This document shows, in pieces, positions 21,757 to 32,000 of a stretch of DNA of 32,000 bases; the first letter of the stretch is position 1, and every line of letters starts with the position of its first letter. Source of the stretch: Mycoplasmoides pneumoniae FH (GTDB lineage Bacteria > Bacillota_I > Bacilli_A > Mycoplasmatales > Mycoplasmoidaceae); assembly GCF_001272835.1 (NCBI RefSeq), contig NZ_CP010546.1, positions 362,809 to 394,808 of the forward strand, given 5' to 3'. The notes beneath the pieces were generated by a model, which saw only the letters and a program-made list of their open reading frames with translations, ran no database searches and was not told where the DNA came from. Both the position numbers and the translations under genes were made by a program.

Positions 21757-22051
21757 ACTAACTGTGTCGCACCACAAACTCGCCGCTTCCGGGCACGCTT
21801 TATTTGCCAAAAAGGGGCAAGACATTGTGTGCGCTGCTGTTAGTGGTATTATCTTTGGCGCTTTGCCCTGGTTTGAAACCAACAGCATTGCCGTTCAAGA
21901 AGATGCTACTGTACCCAGTTTAAGCTTGGAGTTAGTGCAACCAACCGCTAAGCTTATCACAGGATTGAGTGTGGTGATTATGCAACTTAAAACCCTCGCG
22001 CATTCTTACCCGCAGTTTATTTCGTTTGAAGATCAACGTAAAGATGAATAA
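21749..22051 (+). CDS. prp: Ribosomal-processing cysteine protease Prp (DUF464/YsxB family, 100 aa)
   Basis: [21 protein letters not shown] contains the conserved His and Cys; located between rplU and rpmA. Confidence 0.88.
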
Positions 22052-22358
22052 CAAATATTTTTTAACCAAAATTGACTTACAGTTTTTTGCTTCCAAAAAG
22101 GGAGTTGGTTCAACCAAGAACGGCCGTGATTCTCATGCTAAGCGTTTAGGTGCTAAGAAGGCTGATGGTCAGATGATCCGTACTGGTCAAATTATTTACC
22201 GCCAACGCGGTACTAGGGTATGTCCCGGTGTAAATGTTGGCCTTGGTAGTGATGACACCTTGTTTGCTTTAAGCGACGGCTTGGTAAAATACCAAAAGTT
22301 TGGACCTAAACAGGGCAAGACCCGCGTGAGTGTGGTCAAACACAAACTAGATGCCTAA
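22044..22358 (+). CDS. rpmA: 50S ribosomal protein L27 with Prp-cleavable N-terminal extension (104 aa)
   Basis: [43 protein letters not shown].... Confidence 0.96.
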   Translation: MNNKYFLTKIDLQFFASKKGVGSTKNGRDSHAKRLGAKKADGQMIRTGQIIYRQRGTRVCPGVNVGLGSDDTLFALSDGLVKYQKFGPKQGKTRVSVVKHKLDA

Positions 22359-23211
22359 ACTCCTAGGAAGCTTTATTTCGTTTAAATCACCCCATTATCT
22401 AGTGGGGAGTGTTCGTGACGCTGTTAGCATTAAAGCACAAGCGTTCATGATTTTTTTGGGCGCACCACACACGGCACTACGAGTCGATCCTAATCGTATG
22501 CAAATTGACGAGGGTCACACATTGATGGAACAACATAACCTCAGTAAGTCTGGGATGGTTGTCCATGCTCCTTACATTATTAACTGTGCCTCCAAAGATC
22601 CGGTAAAGCAAACCTTTGCGATTGACGTTCTGACAAGGGAGGTTAAACTGTGTCATGCCGTGGGTGCTAAACTAATCGTTCTCCACCCCGGTTCAGCGGT
22701 TGAGCAAACTCAAACCCAAGCGTTAGATCACCTAATCAAGGTCTTAAATACAGTGATTGCCAACACTAAAGAAGTCATTATTTGTCTCGAAACGATGGCT
22801 GGTAAAGGTAATGAAATTGGCCGTGATTTAGACCAGTTAAAGTATGTGATTAACCACATTGAACAACAAGAGCGGATTGGTGTTTGTCTAGATACCTGTC
22901 ACTTCCATGACAGTGGTAATGACTTTAACAATACTGCCGAAATTATGGAAACGATTGACACTAAACTAGGCTTTGAGTTTTTAAAGGTCATCCACTTAAA
23001 CGAGTCCAAAAACGTTTGTGGTTCCAAAAAAGACCGTCATGCCAATCTAGGTGAGGGGATGATTGGGTTTGATAATTTAATGCGCTTTATTGCCCAACCG
23101 CAAATAAAGCAAATACCGATTGTTTTAGAAACCCCATCTGACAAGCATAATTATCCCGCTGTATATGGTGCTGAAATCGAAAGGATCCGTGCTTGATTTG
23201 GAGCACGATAA
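22351..23211 (+). CDS. nfo: Endonuclease IV (286 aa)
   Basis: [20 protein letters not shown]..., [60 protein letters not shown]; TGA 23194-23196 is Trp and true stop is TAA 23209-23211. Confidence 0.93.
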
Positions 23212-23641
23212 CCAAACACTAAAGGATTACATTAGTGTGTTTGAACGCAATAAGATGCGTTTAACCCAATCACGCTTAATGTTGCTCCAATGCTTAGTGC
23301 AACACCGTGACTGGCACACCTTAGCTGAGCTCAAACACCACTTGGAACAAAACCAACAGCGCACTACCTTAGCTTCTATCTATAACAACCTCAAGATTTT
23401 TGCTAAGTTAAAGCTAATTAATATTTTTGTAGATACCAATCGCTTTGAAACGTATTATTGCTTAAGACACGAAAACCACAAGCACATTTACTTCTTTGAC
23501 GAAAACCAGCGCAAGTTTTTAACCCTACCACTACAAGACAAGGAAGCGTTGAGTTTAATTGGACATAAAAGTAAACATGGCAAAATTAAACTGAATGACT
23601 TTTACATAGTCGCTAGCGGTACACTTGAAGATGATCAATAA
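23165..23641 (+). CDS. fur: Fur-family metalloregulator (158 aa; alternative start GTG 23189)
   Basis: [78 protein letters not shown] typical Fur winged-helix/dimerisation pattern. Confidence 0.85.
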   Translation: MVLKSKGSVLDLEHDNQTLKDYISVFERNKMRLTQSRLMLLQCLVQHRDWHTLAELKHHLEQNQQRTTLASIYNNLKIFAKLKLINIFVDTNRFETYYCLRHENHKHIYFFDENQRKFLTLPLQDKEALSLIGHKSKHGKIKLNDFYIVASGTLEDDQ

Positions 23642-24515
23642 GCCAAATCAGTTTGTCAACCACTTAAGTGCTTTAAAAAAACACTTTGCCTCTTATAAGG
23701 AGCTCCGTGAAGCGTTTAACGATTATCACAAGCATAACGGTGATGAGTTGACCACCTTCTTTTTGCACCAGTTTGATAAGGTGATGGAACTAGTCAAGCA
23801 GAAGGACTTTAAAACTGCCCAGTCTCGCTGTGAGGAGGAATTAGCCGCCCCTTATCTACCAAAACCTTTAGTAAGCTTTTTCCAATCGCTACTCCAGCTC
23901 GTGAACCATGATTTATTGGAACAGCAAAACGCGGCCTTGGCTAGTTTACCCGCAGCCAAAATCATAGAGCTTGTTTTACAGGATTACCCCAATAAACTCA
24001 ACATGATTCACTACCTTTTGCCCAAAACGAAGGCGTTTGTCAAACCACATTTGTTACAACGCTTACAGTTTGTGTTAACTGATTCGGAGTTGTTGGAATT
24101 AAAGCGCTTTTCCTTCTTTCAAGCACTCAACCAGATCCCGGGCTTTCAGGGTGAGCAAGTTGAGTACTTTAACAGTAAGCTCAAACAAAAGTTTACCTTG
24201 ACCTTAGGGGAGTTTGAAATTGCCCAACAGCCAGATGCCAAAGCATACTTTGAGCAGTTAATTACCCAAATCCAACAGCTCTTTTTAAAAGAGCCGGTTA
24301 ACGCTGAGTTTGCCAATGAGATTATTGATGCCTTTTTGGTGAGCTATTTCCCCCTCCATCCCCCAGTACCTTTGGCACAATTAGCTGCCAAGATTTATGA
24401 GTATGTCAGCCAAATTGTGCTTAACGAAGCGGTTAACCTAAAGGATGAACTGATCAAACTAATCGTTCATACGCTTTACGAACAGTTAGATCGTCCTGTT
24501 GGGGATGAAAATTAA
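23631..24515 (+). CDS. Conserved mycoplasma hypothetical protein (294 aa, MG237/MPN330-type)
   Basis: Open frame 0 from ATG 23631 (or TTG 23625) to TAA 24513-24515, overlapping the fur stop. Confidence 0.8.
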   Translation: MINKPNQFVNHLSALKKHFASYKELREAFNDYHKHNGDELTTFFLHQFDKVMELVKQKDFKTAQSRCEEELAAPYLPKPLVSFFQSLLQLVNHDLLEQQNAALASLPAAKIIELVLQDYPNKLNMIHYLLPKTKAFVKPHLLQRLQFVLTDSELLELKRFSFFQALNQIPGFQGEQVEYFNSKLKQKFTLTLGEFEIAQQPDAKAYFEQLITQIQQLFLKEPVNAEFANEIIDAFLVSYFPLHPPVPLAQLAAKIYEYVSQIVLNEAVNLKDELIKLIVHTLYEQLDRPVGDEN

Positions 24516-24539
24516 AATATAGCTCAGATCTAGTTTAGA

Positions 24540-25874
24540 ATGAAACAATACAAGCTTGTCAATACAACCCAAAAAGAAAAGACGCTTTGTCTTGAAATAG
24601 CAATTGACACGAAGCTGTGAAAGGAGACACAGCAAAAGCAAACCCAAGATTTAACCAAAAACATGAAAATCAAGGGTTTTCGTAAAGGTAAAGTGCCTCC
24701 AACTTTAGCTAAGGATTACTTAGACCGTGCCGAGTTGTTGCAACGTAGCGCCCAAGCGGTAATTGATGCCATCTTCCAGCCGTTACAACAAGAAGCAGTA
24801 ATTGCTGACAACGAGAATGTAATTGAGGACTTTCCTACCATTGACTTTAAAACAATCAATGAGAACGATTGTGTTATTCTGTTTGACTTTGATCTCGTAC
24901 CCCAGTTTGAACTACCTGATTACAAGCACATCAAGGATTTAAGCCCGATTGTACCCCTAAAGGATGAGGAGTTCAACAAGGAGTTGCACAACATCGAAAA
25001 GAACAAAGGGAAACTAGTTGATGTTAGTGACAAAGCATTGGCCAACAATGATATTGCCGTCATTGACTTTGTTGGCAAGGTAGATGGTAAGGTGCTTGAA
25101 AGCGCTACTGCCAAACAATACGAATTAACGATTGGCTCCAACAGCTTTATTGATGGCTTTGAAAGTGGTTTAATTGGCATGAAAGTAGGGGACAAGCGTC
25201 AGTTAAAGTTAAAGTTCCCCAAGGACTACCATGCTGAAGAATTGAAGGGTAAACCAGTAGAGTTTGACATAGAGCTCAAAGCAATTAAGCAGTTAGAGAT
25301 CACCCCCATGGATGAAACTAACTTTAAGGAGTATTTACCCGCACAATACCAGGGTTTCAACTCACTCAAGGAATTTAAAACTTACTTTCATAAGTTAGTT
25401 TCCGCTAAGAAACTGGAAATTACCCTACAAGAAAACAGTGTTAAAATTCGCCAGTTCTTTTTAGCTAACACCACCTTACCTTACATTCCTGATTCCTTAA
25501 TTAAATTGGAATCCGATCGCTTACTGAGAGCGCAAAAGGATCAAGCGGAGCAGTACAAGATTCCCTTTGAGAGATTGTTAGCAGCTTCCAAGCTTTCATT
25601 GGAGCAGTTGCAACAACGTAACATAAAAGAAGCACGTGATAACGTTACCTTTGCTTTAGTGATGAAACGAATCGCTGATGTGGAAAAAATCAAGGTTGAT
25701 AACAAAAAGATTCACAGCGAAATCGAATCGATTATTGATGTTGAATACCCCTTTGTTAATGCCGAGTTGAAAAAACAAATGTTCCACAACATGGAACAAC
25801 AAAAGGACTTTGTGGAATCGATAATTTTGAACCGTTTAACCACTACCAAGATAATTGAGTACTCCACTCATTAG
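24540..25874 (+). CDS. tig: Trigger factor (444 aa)
   Basis: ATG 24540, TGA-Trp at codon 28, then [12 protein letters not shown], PPase/FKBP-like segment [54 protein letters not shown]; TAG 25872-25874. Confidence 0.95.
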
Positions 25875-25897
25875 CACTCAAAGTATTAGAGTGCTAA
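25871..25897 (+). promoter_or_regulatory. CIRCE element (HrcA operator) upstream of lon
   Basis: TTAGCACTC-N9(AAAGTATTA)-GAGTGCTAA, a perfect 9-bp inverted repeat with 9-nt spacer; followed by -10-like TACAAT 25907-25912. Confidence 0.95.
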
Positions 25898-25944
25898 AAA
25901 ATGTGTTACAATTTAGCATTCTTCAACCTCTTATCTTAATAACT

Positions 25945-28332
25945 ATGCCAGCTGTAAAAAAACCACAAATTCTCGTTGTGCGTAACCAAGTTATCTTTCC
26001 GTACAACGGCTTTGAACTTGATGTCGGTCGTGAACGCTCGAAAAAACTAATTAAAGCACTCAAAAACCTCAAAACCAAACGTTTGGTGTTAGTCACCCAA
26101 AAGAATTCAGATCAGCTCAACCCTGAGTTTGATGACATTTACCATTGCGGTACTTTATGTGACATTGATGAAATTATTGAAGTACCGAGTGAAGATGGCA
26201 AGACAGCTGACTATAAGATTAAGGGTAAAGGATTACAGCGCGTTGCCATTACAAGCTTCTCTGATGCTGATTTAACCAAGTACGACCATCACTTTCTCAA
26301 CTCTACTCTAACAGAAAATAAAGCGTTAGATAAGTTGTTGGAACGGATCTTTCCCGATAAAGAAGACTTTGCTGAAATTTTAGACAGCTTAAACAGCTTC
26401 TTGGAACTGCAAGAGTTAAAGAAGCTATCTAAGGTACCAAAAGACATAAAACGGTATGACATTATTACCTTCAAGCTTGCTAGCTTAATTTTCAAAGACA
26501 TTACCCTCCAACAAGCCATTTTGGAAGAAAATGACATTGAAAAACGGTTACAGAAGATCATTGGTTCTGGCATCGAGGATTTAGGTCACATCAGCGAAGA
26601 AGCCCGCGCTAAACAACGCGAAAGTGAGTTTGACAAGATTGACAACCGCATCACGCGCAAAGTTAACGAACAGTTATCGCGCCAACAACGTGACTTTTAC
26701 CTCCGGGAAAAACTCCGGGTTATCCGTGAAGAGATCGGGATGACTTCCAAGAAGGAAGATGAAGTATCCAACATTCGCAAAAAGCTAGAGGAAAACCCAT
26801 ATCCAGAGCACATTAAAAAACGGATTTTAAGTGAGTTAGATCACTTTGAAAACTCCTCCTCTTCATCACAAGAATCAACCTTAACCAAGACTTACATCGA
26901 CACTTTGATGAACTTGCCATGGTGACAGGAAAGCAAGGACAATGCTGATGTAAAAAACCTGATTAAGATCTTGAACAAGAACCACTCAGGACTAGATAAG
27001 GTAAAGGAACGAGTGGTTGAGTATTTAGCAGTACAGCTCCGTACCAAAAAGCTTAAGGGTCCGATTATGTGTTTAGTCGGTCCACCTGGAGTTGGTAAAT
27101 CCAGTTTAGCCAAATCAATTGCTGAAGCGTTAAACAAGCGCTTTGTTAAGGTTTCATTGGGCGGGGTGCATGATGAATCGGAAATCCGTGGTCACCGTAA
27201 AACCTATTTGGGTTCGATGCCAGGACGGATTTTAAAGGGCATGGCACGTGCTAAGGTTATTAACCCACTGTTCTTGTTAGATGAAATTGACAAGATGACA
27301 TCCTCCAATCAAGGTTACCCTTCCGGCGCTTTGTTAGAGGTATTAGATCCGGAGTTAAACAATAAGTTTAGCGATAACTATGTTGAGGAGGATTATGACC
27401 TGTCTAAGGTAATGTTTGTAGCCACCGCTAACTATATCGAAGATATTCCGGAAGCCTTGTTAGACCGGATGGAAGTGATTGAACTTACCTCTTACACCGA
27501 ACAGGAAAAGCTACAAATTACAAAGAGCCACTTAGTTAAGCGTTGTTTAGATGACGCTGAGATTAAAACAGATGACCTCAAGTTTACCGATGAGGGTATT
27601 AGCTATATCATTAAGTTTTACACGAGGGAAGCGGGGGTGAGACAGTTAGAACGCTTAATCCAGCAAATTGTGCGTAAGTACATTGTTAACTTGCAAAAAA
27701 CCGGCGAACAACAGGTAGTAGTTGATGTAGATTTGGTAAAGAAATACCTCAAGAAAGAAATCTTTGACTATACCGTGCGCGATGAAGATGCACTTCCGGG
27801 AATTGTTAACGGCATGGCTTACACCCCAACTGGTGGTGATCTGTTACCAATTGAAGTAACCCATGTAGCTGGTAAGGGTGATTTAATTCTGACCGGCAAT
27901 TTAAAGCAAACAATGCGTGAAAGTGCTAGCGTAGCGTTAGGTTATGTCAAGGCCAATGCGCAGAGCTTTAACATTAACCCTAACCTCTTTAAAAAGGTTG
28001 ACATTAACATCCATGTTCCAGGTGGTGGTATTCCCAAGGATGGCCCGAGTGCTGGCGCGGCTTTAGTTACTGCCATTATCTCGTCTTTAACTGGCAAAAA
28101 GGTTGACCCTAAGATTGCCATGACCGGGGAGATTACCCTAAGGGGTAAAGTAATGACCATAGGCGGGGTGAAAGAAAAAACCATTTCCGCCTACCGCGGT
28201 GGAGTACGCACCATCTTTATGCCCGAAAAGAATGAGCGTTACTTAGATGAAGTGCCTAAAGACATCGTTAAGGACTTGGAGATTATCCTAGTAAAGGAAT
28301 ACAAGGACATCTACAACAAGATATTTAATTAA
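25945..28332 (+). CDS. lon: ATP-dependent protease La (795 aa)
   Basis: Frame 1 from ATG 25945 to TAA 28332 across TGA-Trp; GPPGVGKSSLAKSIAEALN Walker A, VPGGGIPKDGPSAGAALVTAIISSLTGKKV catalytic Ser region. Confidence 0.97.
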
Positions 28333-28427
28333 TTTTTACCAATTCAGGACTTCAAGGTGCCTAAGATCAGATAATTACCCTTTTTAAGGGTAAAATGGTC
28401 ATCATTAAACTAATTCATTTCTTATAA

Positions 28428-30778
28428 GTGTTAGCTAGAAGAGGACGACGGCAAAAGAGTGCTGTAGGACTTACTTATTTTGCTTACCTTGCACAGCAAA
28501 CACTCCGCAGCAAAACCTGCTGGGTGATGTTTGTGCTGTTGATGCTGGCGTTAGTGATGCTGTTCATTGTTCAATCGAGCACCAACGTGATTGCGCTTTG
28601 AACAAACAATGTCTTTCAGTTTTCACTCATCTTAATACCGTTAGTGACACTGTTAGCGGGCAGTATTACCGCTGACATCTTTATTGAAGGGTACAACAAC
28701 GGGATTGAGCTGTTCTTGTTCTCTAAACCTATTAGCCGTGACCGCATTTTGCTCATTAAGTTACTAGTGCTGTTAATGTACTTGAGTATTGTAGCCGTAC
28801 TATCCACTGCTGTAGTGAGCTTGGGTTACTTTACGCGCAATGAGATTGAGAGTTATTTAGATGATTTAGCTTTAAGTATCTTTGTCGGTACCATTTTAAA
28901 CGGCATTATCTTTAGCGCTGTAACTATTATGTTAGCCACGCGCTTTAGCAACATCCAGAGCTTAATCATTTTGCTCTTGTTTGTGTCGTTGTTTAGCTTT
29001 TCCTCACCAATTGCGCGGTTAATCTTCGACACGCCTGCTAAAATGTTGAGCCAACAAGGTTACAGCGTTCGCCAAATTAACGGAATTGCGCACAGCGAAA
29101 GCCCTAATGTAGAGCGTAAAATTTACGTTTCGGTCAAAAAGCGGCGTTTAACTGGGGTGGATCGCGAAGAAAAAGAGCTTTGAAAGAGTGATGAGCAAGC
29201 AGCACTGCGTGGTAGAAATTTGTATGAGGAGGCACAACGAACCTCCTCTTACATTAATTCCTTTTACACCAACATTGGTTACTTATTTGGCTCGCTTTAC
29301 CGCTTGGGTGCGTTAGCTGATGAAAATAACTTTGATGCATCAGTAGCAACCCAAAACACCAAAATTCGCTTTGGTAAGTTAGTTGATTTAGATAAGAGTA
29401 CTGACATTATTGGTTATCGCACTAAAGACCGCTTTGGCCGTTTCTTTCGCTTTCACTTGCGCTTTCCAACGCTCAACTTTAAGCAAAGCTTGAGTAACAG
29501 CGGCGTTTTCTTTATCAATAAACGGGGATTAGTTAAAGCTACTTTTAGTGCTGGCGATGATGCCTTTAAACGTGACCCGAAGATAATGCAAAAGGTGTTT
29601 GACACTTTTCTAGAAAGTTTTAGTTGATTTTTAGACAAGAAAATTAACCGCCGGATTGCCAGAATTTACGCTGAAAGTGATAACAAGGGTAGTCCTTTCC
29701 CAAAGGAAGGAGATGATGAAAATGCTAAGGGGGATGACAACAGTAGTGAAAAAACGGATACAGTCTCTGTATCAACTAAGTTAAAAACAACTGCTGATCA
29801 ATCTGAAAGTACTCAGATGTCTAGTGAAAGCACTGCCACCGGTATTTCTAGTGATCCCCAAAGTCAGGGCAAAATGAACAACAAAAGTGAGGAACAAAAA
29901 AAGAAAGAAAAAGAACTCACTTGACAAATCTACCGTGATATTAAGTTTCTCAATTCCATTTATTTCTTACAGGTAAATAACGAACGTTTGTGGGACAATG
30001 TAGCTTTTTTAAATAAAGTGAACGCTGAAGACCAAAACGGGGATAAAAACCAGTTTGCCCAAGCAATGGCATCACTCAATAAGCAAATTAACATGTTTTA
30101 CGTGTTGAATGAAATTACCAACAAGGAACACAATTTGCCAACTAAATACGGTGCTTATTCTGATCAATTAAAAAAGGTCATAAACGAAAACTTTGAAAAG
30201 ATAGAAAATAAGAAAAAGGAGATAGAGGAAAAACAAAATAAAGAATTTCAGGAAAACAAGAATGGTGCATCAAATAATCAAGACACAAAGCAAGACGCAC
30301 AAAAAGGTGATACCAATACCCAAAGCACTGAGTTAAAAGCTCGTCAAGCACAACAAGTGCAAAAGGATCAACAAAATGACAGTAAAGGCAATACTGCTAC
30401 AAACAGTGATACTGGTAAATCGGACAATAAAACCGATACCACTGAAGATGAAAAAAACACATATAAACCCTTAACAGCTAGGGAGAAAAAACCAAAATTA
30501 AGGAGCTTACTAAGGACATCTTCTTCTCTACAGCGCAGAACTATTTGTTCTTAGTGCAAGGTGGGTATAACAACAAGTTGTTTGCTGGTGGTTTACCAGA
30601 GCTCCACCAACGCTTCTTGTCAGACGTAGTGGTTGATTTCTCTGAGGAAAAACTCGTTTATGAAGTACAAGGTGAACCGATTGTATCCAGTGTAGCCACC
30701 ATTGTGATTACCCTATTTTTAACAGTTGTTTTATTAGCTATTGCCTTTTTCTTCTTTAAATACCGCAACGTTAAATAG
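28428..30778 (+). pseudogene. ABC transporter permease-like membrane protein with large hydrophilic insert; apparent frame break at ~30486-30491 (783 aa if a -1 shift or one extra A is assumed)
   Basis: Frame 0 open from GTG 28428 to 30554, then frame 2 continues coherent sequence TKIKELTKDIFFSTAQNYLFLVQGGYNNKLFAGGLPELHQRFLSDVVVDFSEEKLVYEVQGEPIVSSVATIVITLFLTVVLLAIAFFFFKYRNVK* to TAG 30778. Confidence 0.8.
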
Positions 30779-30780
30779 TT

Positions 30781-31761
30781 ATGTCTGTTACACCAATTGT
30801 TGAAGTTAAACATTTAGAAAAGGAATTTGGTTTTTGACGCAAAAACCGTATCTTAAAGGATGTGAATTTTGCCATTATGCCCGGTGAGTTCCATGCCTTT
30901 ATTGGTCAAAATGGTGCGGGGAAAACTACCACCATTAAGTGTTTAATTTCATCTTATCAGCGCTTTAAGGACGAAATTAACATCGATGGCATTAGCAATA
31001 AAAACGCCAAGTCTAAGGGTGTAATTAGTTATATCCCTGAATATGCTGTGTTTCCCAAACACCTCAATACCCATGAATACCTCTACACGTTGGGTAAACT
31101 GTCAGGTTGTAGTTTGCAAACCATTAAGGAAAAGGTTGATTACTGACTAGCACGTTTTCAAATTGAACACCTCCGCTTTAAAAAGCCAAATGACTTTTCT
31201 TCTGGACAAAAGAAAAAGGTTTTATTAATCCAGGCCTTATTTAATGATCCCAAGCTGTTAATCATGGATGAGCCCACTGCTAACTTAGATCCCAAAACAC
31301 GTAATGAGTTTATGGATGTGTGTTACGAACTTAATGTACGTAACAAGATGGCGGTGTTTGTTTCATCCCATATTTTGGCTGAATTGGAAAACTATTGTGA
31401 TTCGCTCACTGTTATTCATGAAGGGCAAATTCTTTTTAATGGCAAAACAAAGAACATTGCCAAAGACAACTTTGGTTACCGTTTAAAGGTTAACCATTCC
31501 GATAGTTTACGTAAGTGATTAAAAGCACAAAAAATTGCTTACAAGTATTTCCCTGCAACCGATGACTTTCAAGTTGACTTAAAACAAGAGCAATCCAACA
31601 AATTTGCAGTTGAGCTTTACCAACAACCTGACTTTGAGGTATTTATTTTTGCACGACAAGGCAACTCGTTGCAAAACATTTACAATAACCTAATTGAGCA
31701 ATACGAGTACGATCAAGCCCAGCGTGCTGTTGCTATCCGTGAACAAGATGAAGCTGTTTAA
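30781..31761 (+). CDS. ABC transporter ATP-binding protein (326 aa)
   Basis: AFIGQNGAGKTTTIKCLIS Walker A, FSSGQKKKVLLIQALFNDPKLLIMDEPTANLDPKTRNEFM signature/Walker B. Confidence 0.93.
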
Positions 31762-32000
31762 AAATTGAAGCGATGTTAACAACGTTAAACAACGGCAACT
31801 TTTACTAGCTTACTTCCGTTTTATCTTAAAACAGACCGTTAAATCTTGACTTTTATGAGTTACTGCTGGACTAGTACTGTTTTTACTGGCTTTAGTGCTG
31901 TTAATCATCCCCGCTTTCACCAAACAAGATCCTTTGTTTTTGTGATCACACCCAGTGGTGCAAATGTCGAGTTTAATCATTCCTTTCATTGCTCTGTTTG
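31748..32000 (+). CDS. ABC transporter permease, N-terminal part (cut by window edge)
   Basis: ATG 31748: MKLFKNWSDVNNVKQRQLLLAYFRFILKQTVKSWLLWVTAGLVLFLALVLLIIPAFTKQDPLFLWSHPVVQMSSLIIPFIALF; 14-nt overlap with the ATPase gene. Confidence 0.85.

Noticed and set aside
22351-23196. nfo ending at the TGA 23194-23196 as in the ORF track
   Set aside because: TGA is Trp in this genome; the frame continues WFGAR to TAA 23209-23211.
28375-28393. Inverted repeat TTACCC-TTTTTAA-GGGTAA between lon and the ABC permease as a terminator
   Set aside because: The 6-bp stem is AT-containing and followed by aaatggtcatc rather than a T-tract; too weak to call as an intrinsic terminator, so left unassigned.

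Overview
The window reads as a contiguous chromosomal segment of Mycoplasma pneumoniae or a near-identical relative (Mollicutes, genetic code 4). In-frame TGA codons are read as Trp throughout, so the supplied standard-code ORF track splits most genes, and I rejoined them by hand. Gene order on the + strand: end of P65 (DPNAY-repeat adhesion protein), HMW2 (with internal P28/HMW2-s start), P41, P24, then a small minus-strand gene, tRNA-Arg(GCG), the dcw cluster (mraZ, rsmH, FtsA-like ORF, ftsZ), two tandem amino-acid permease paralogs, thyA, folA, nrdF, nrdI, nrdE, rplU, prp, rpmA, nfo, fur, a hypothetical gene, tig, CIRCE, lon, and a three-gene ABC transporter locus. Main points of interest: (1) the minus-strand ORF at 8357-8629, when read through a TGA-Trp, is a 90-aa peptide whose N-terminus MQRLKKSEAKQVVGG resembles a double-glycine leader; (2) ftsZ carries an apparent 1-nt insertion near 12371 that removes its C-terminal domain; (3) the ABC permease ORF (28428-30778) has an apparent -1 frame break at an A6 tract; (4) NrdF has Val/Pro/Lys in place of three carboxylate metal ligands, the signature of metal-free class Ie ribonucleotide reductase; (5) four exactly 10-bp-phased AAAGTG[T/G] boxes precede mraZ; (6) a perfect CIRCE operator overlaps the tig stop upstream of lon; (7) an L27 N-terminal extension sits next to its Prp protease; (8) there is a long near-identical internal duplication in p65. 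No CRISPR arrays, transposons or rRNA genes were seen. Species assignment and gene names come from recognition of the proteins, not from a database search.
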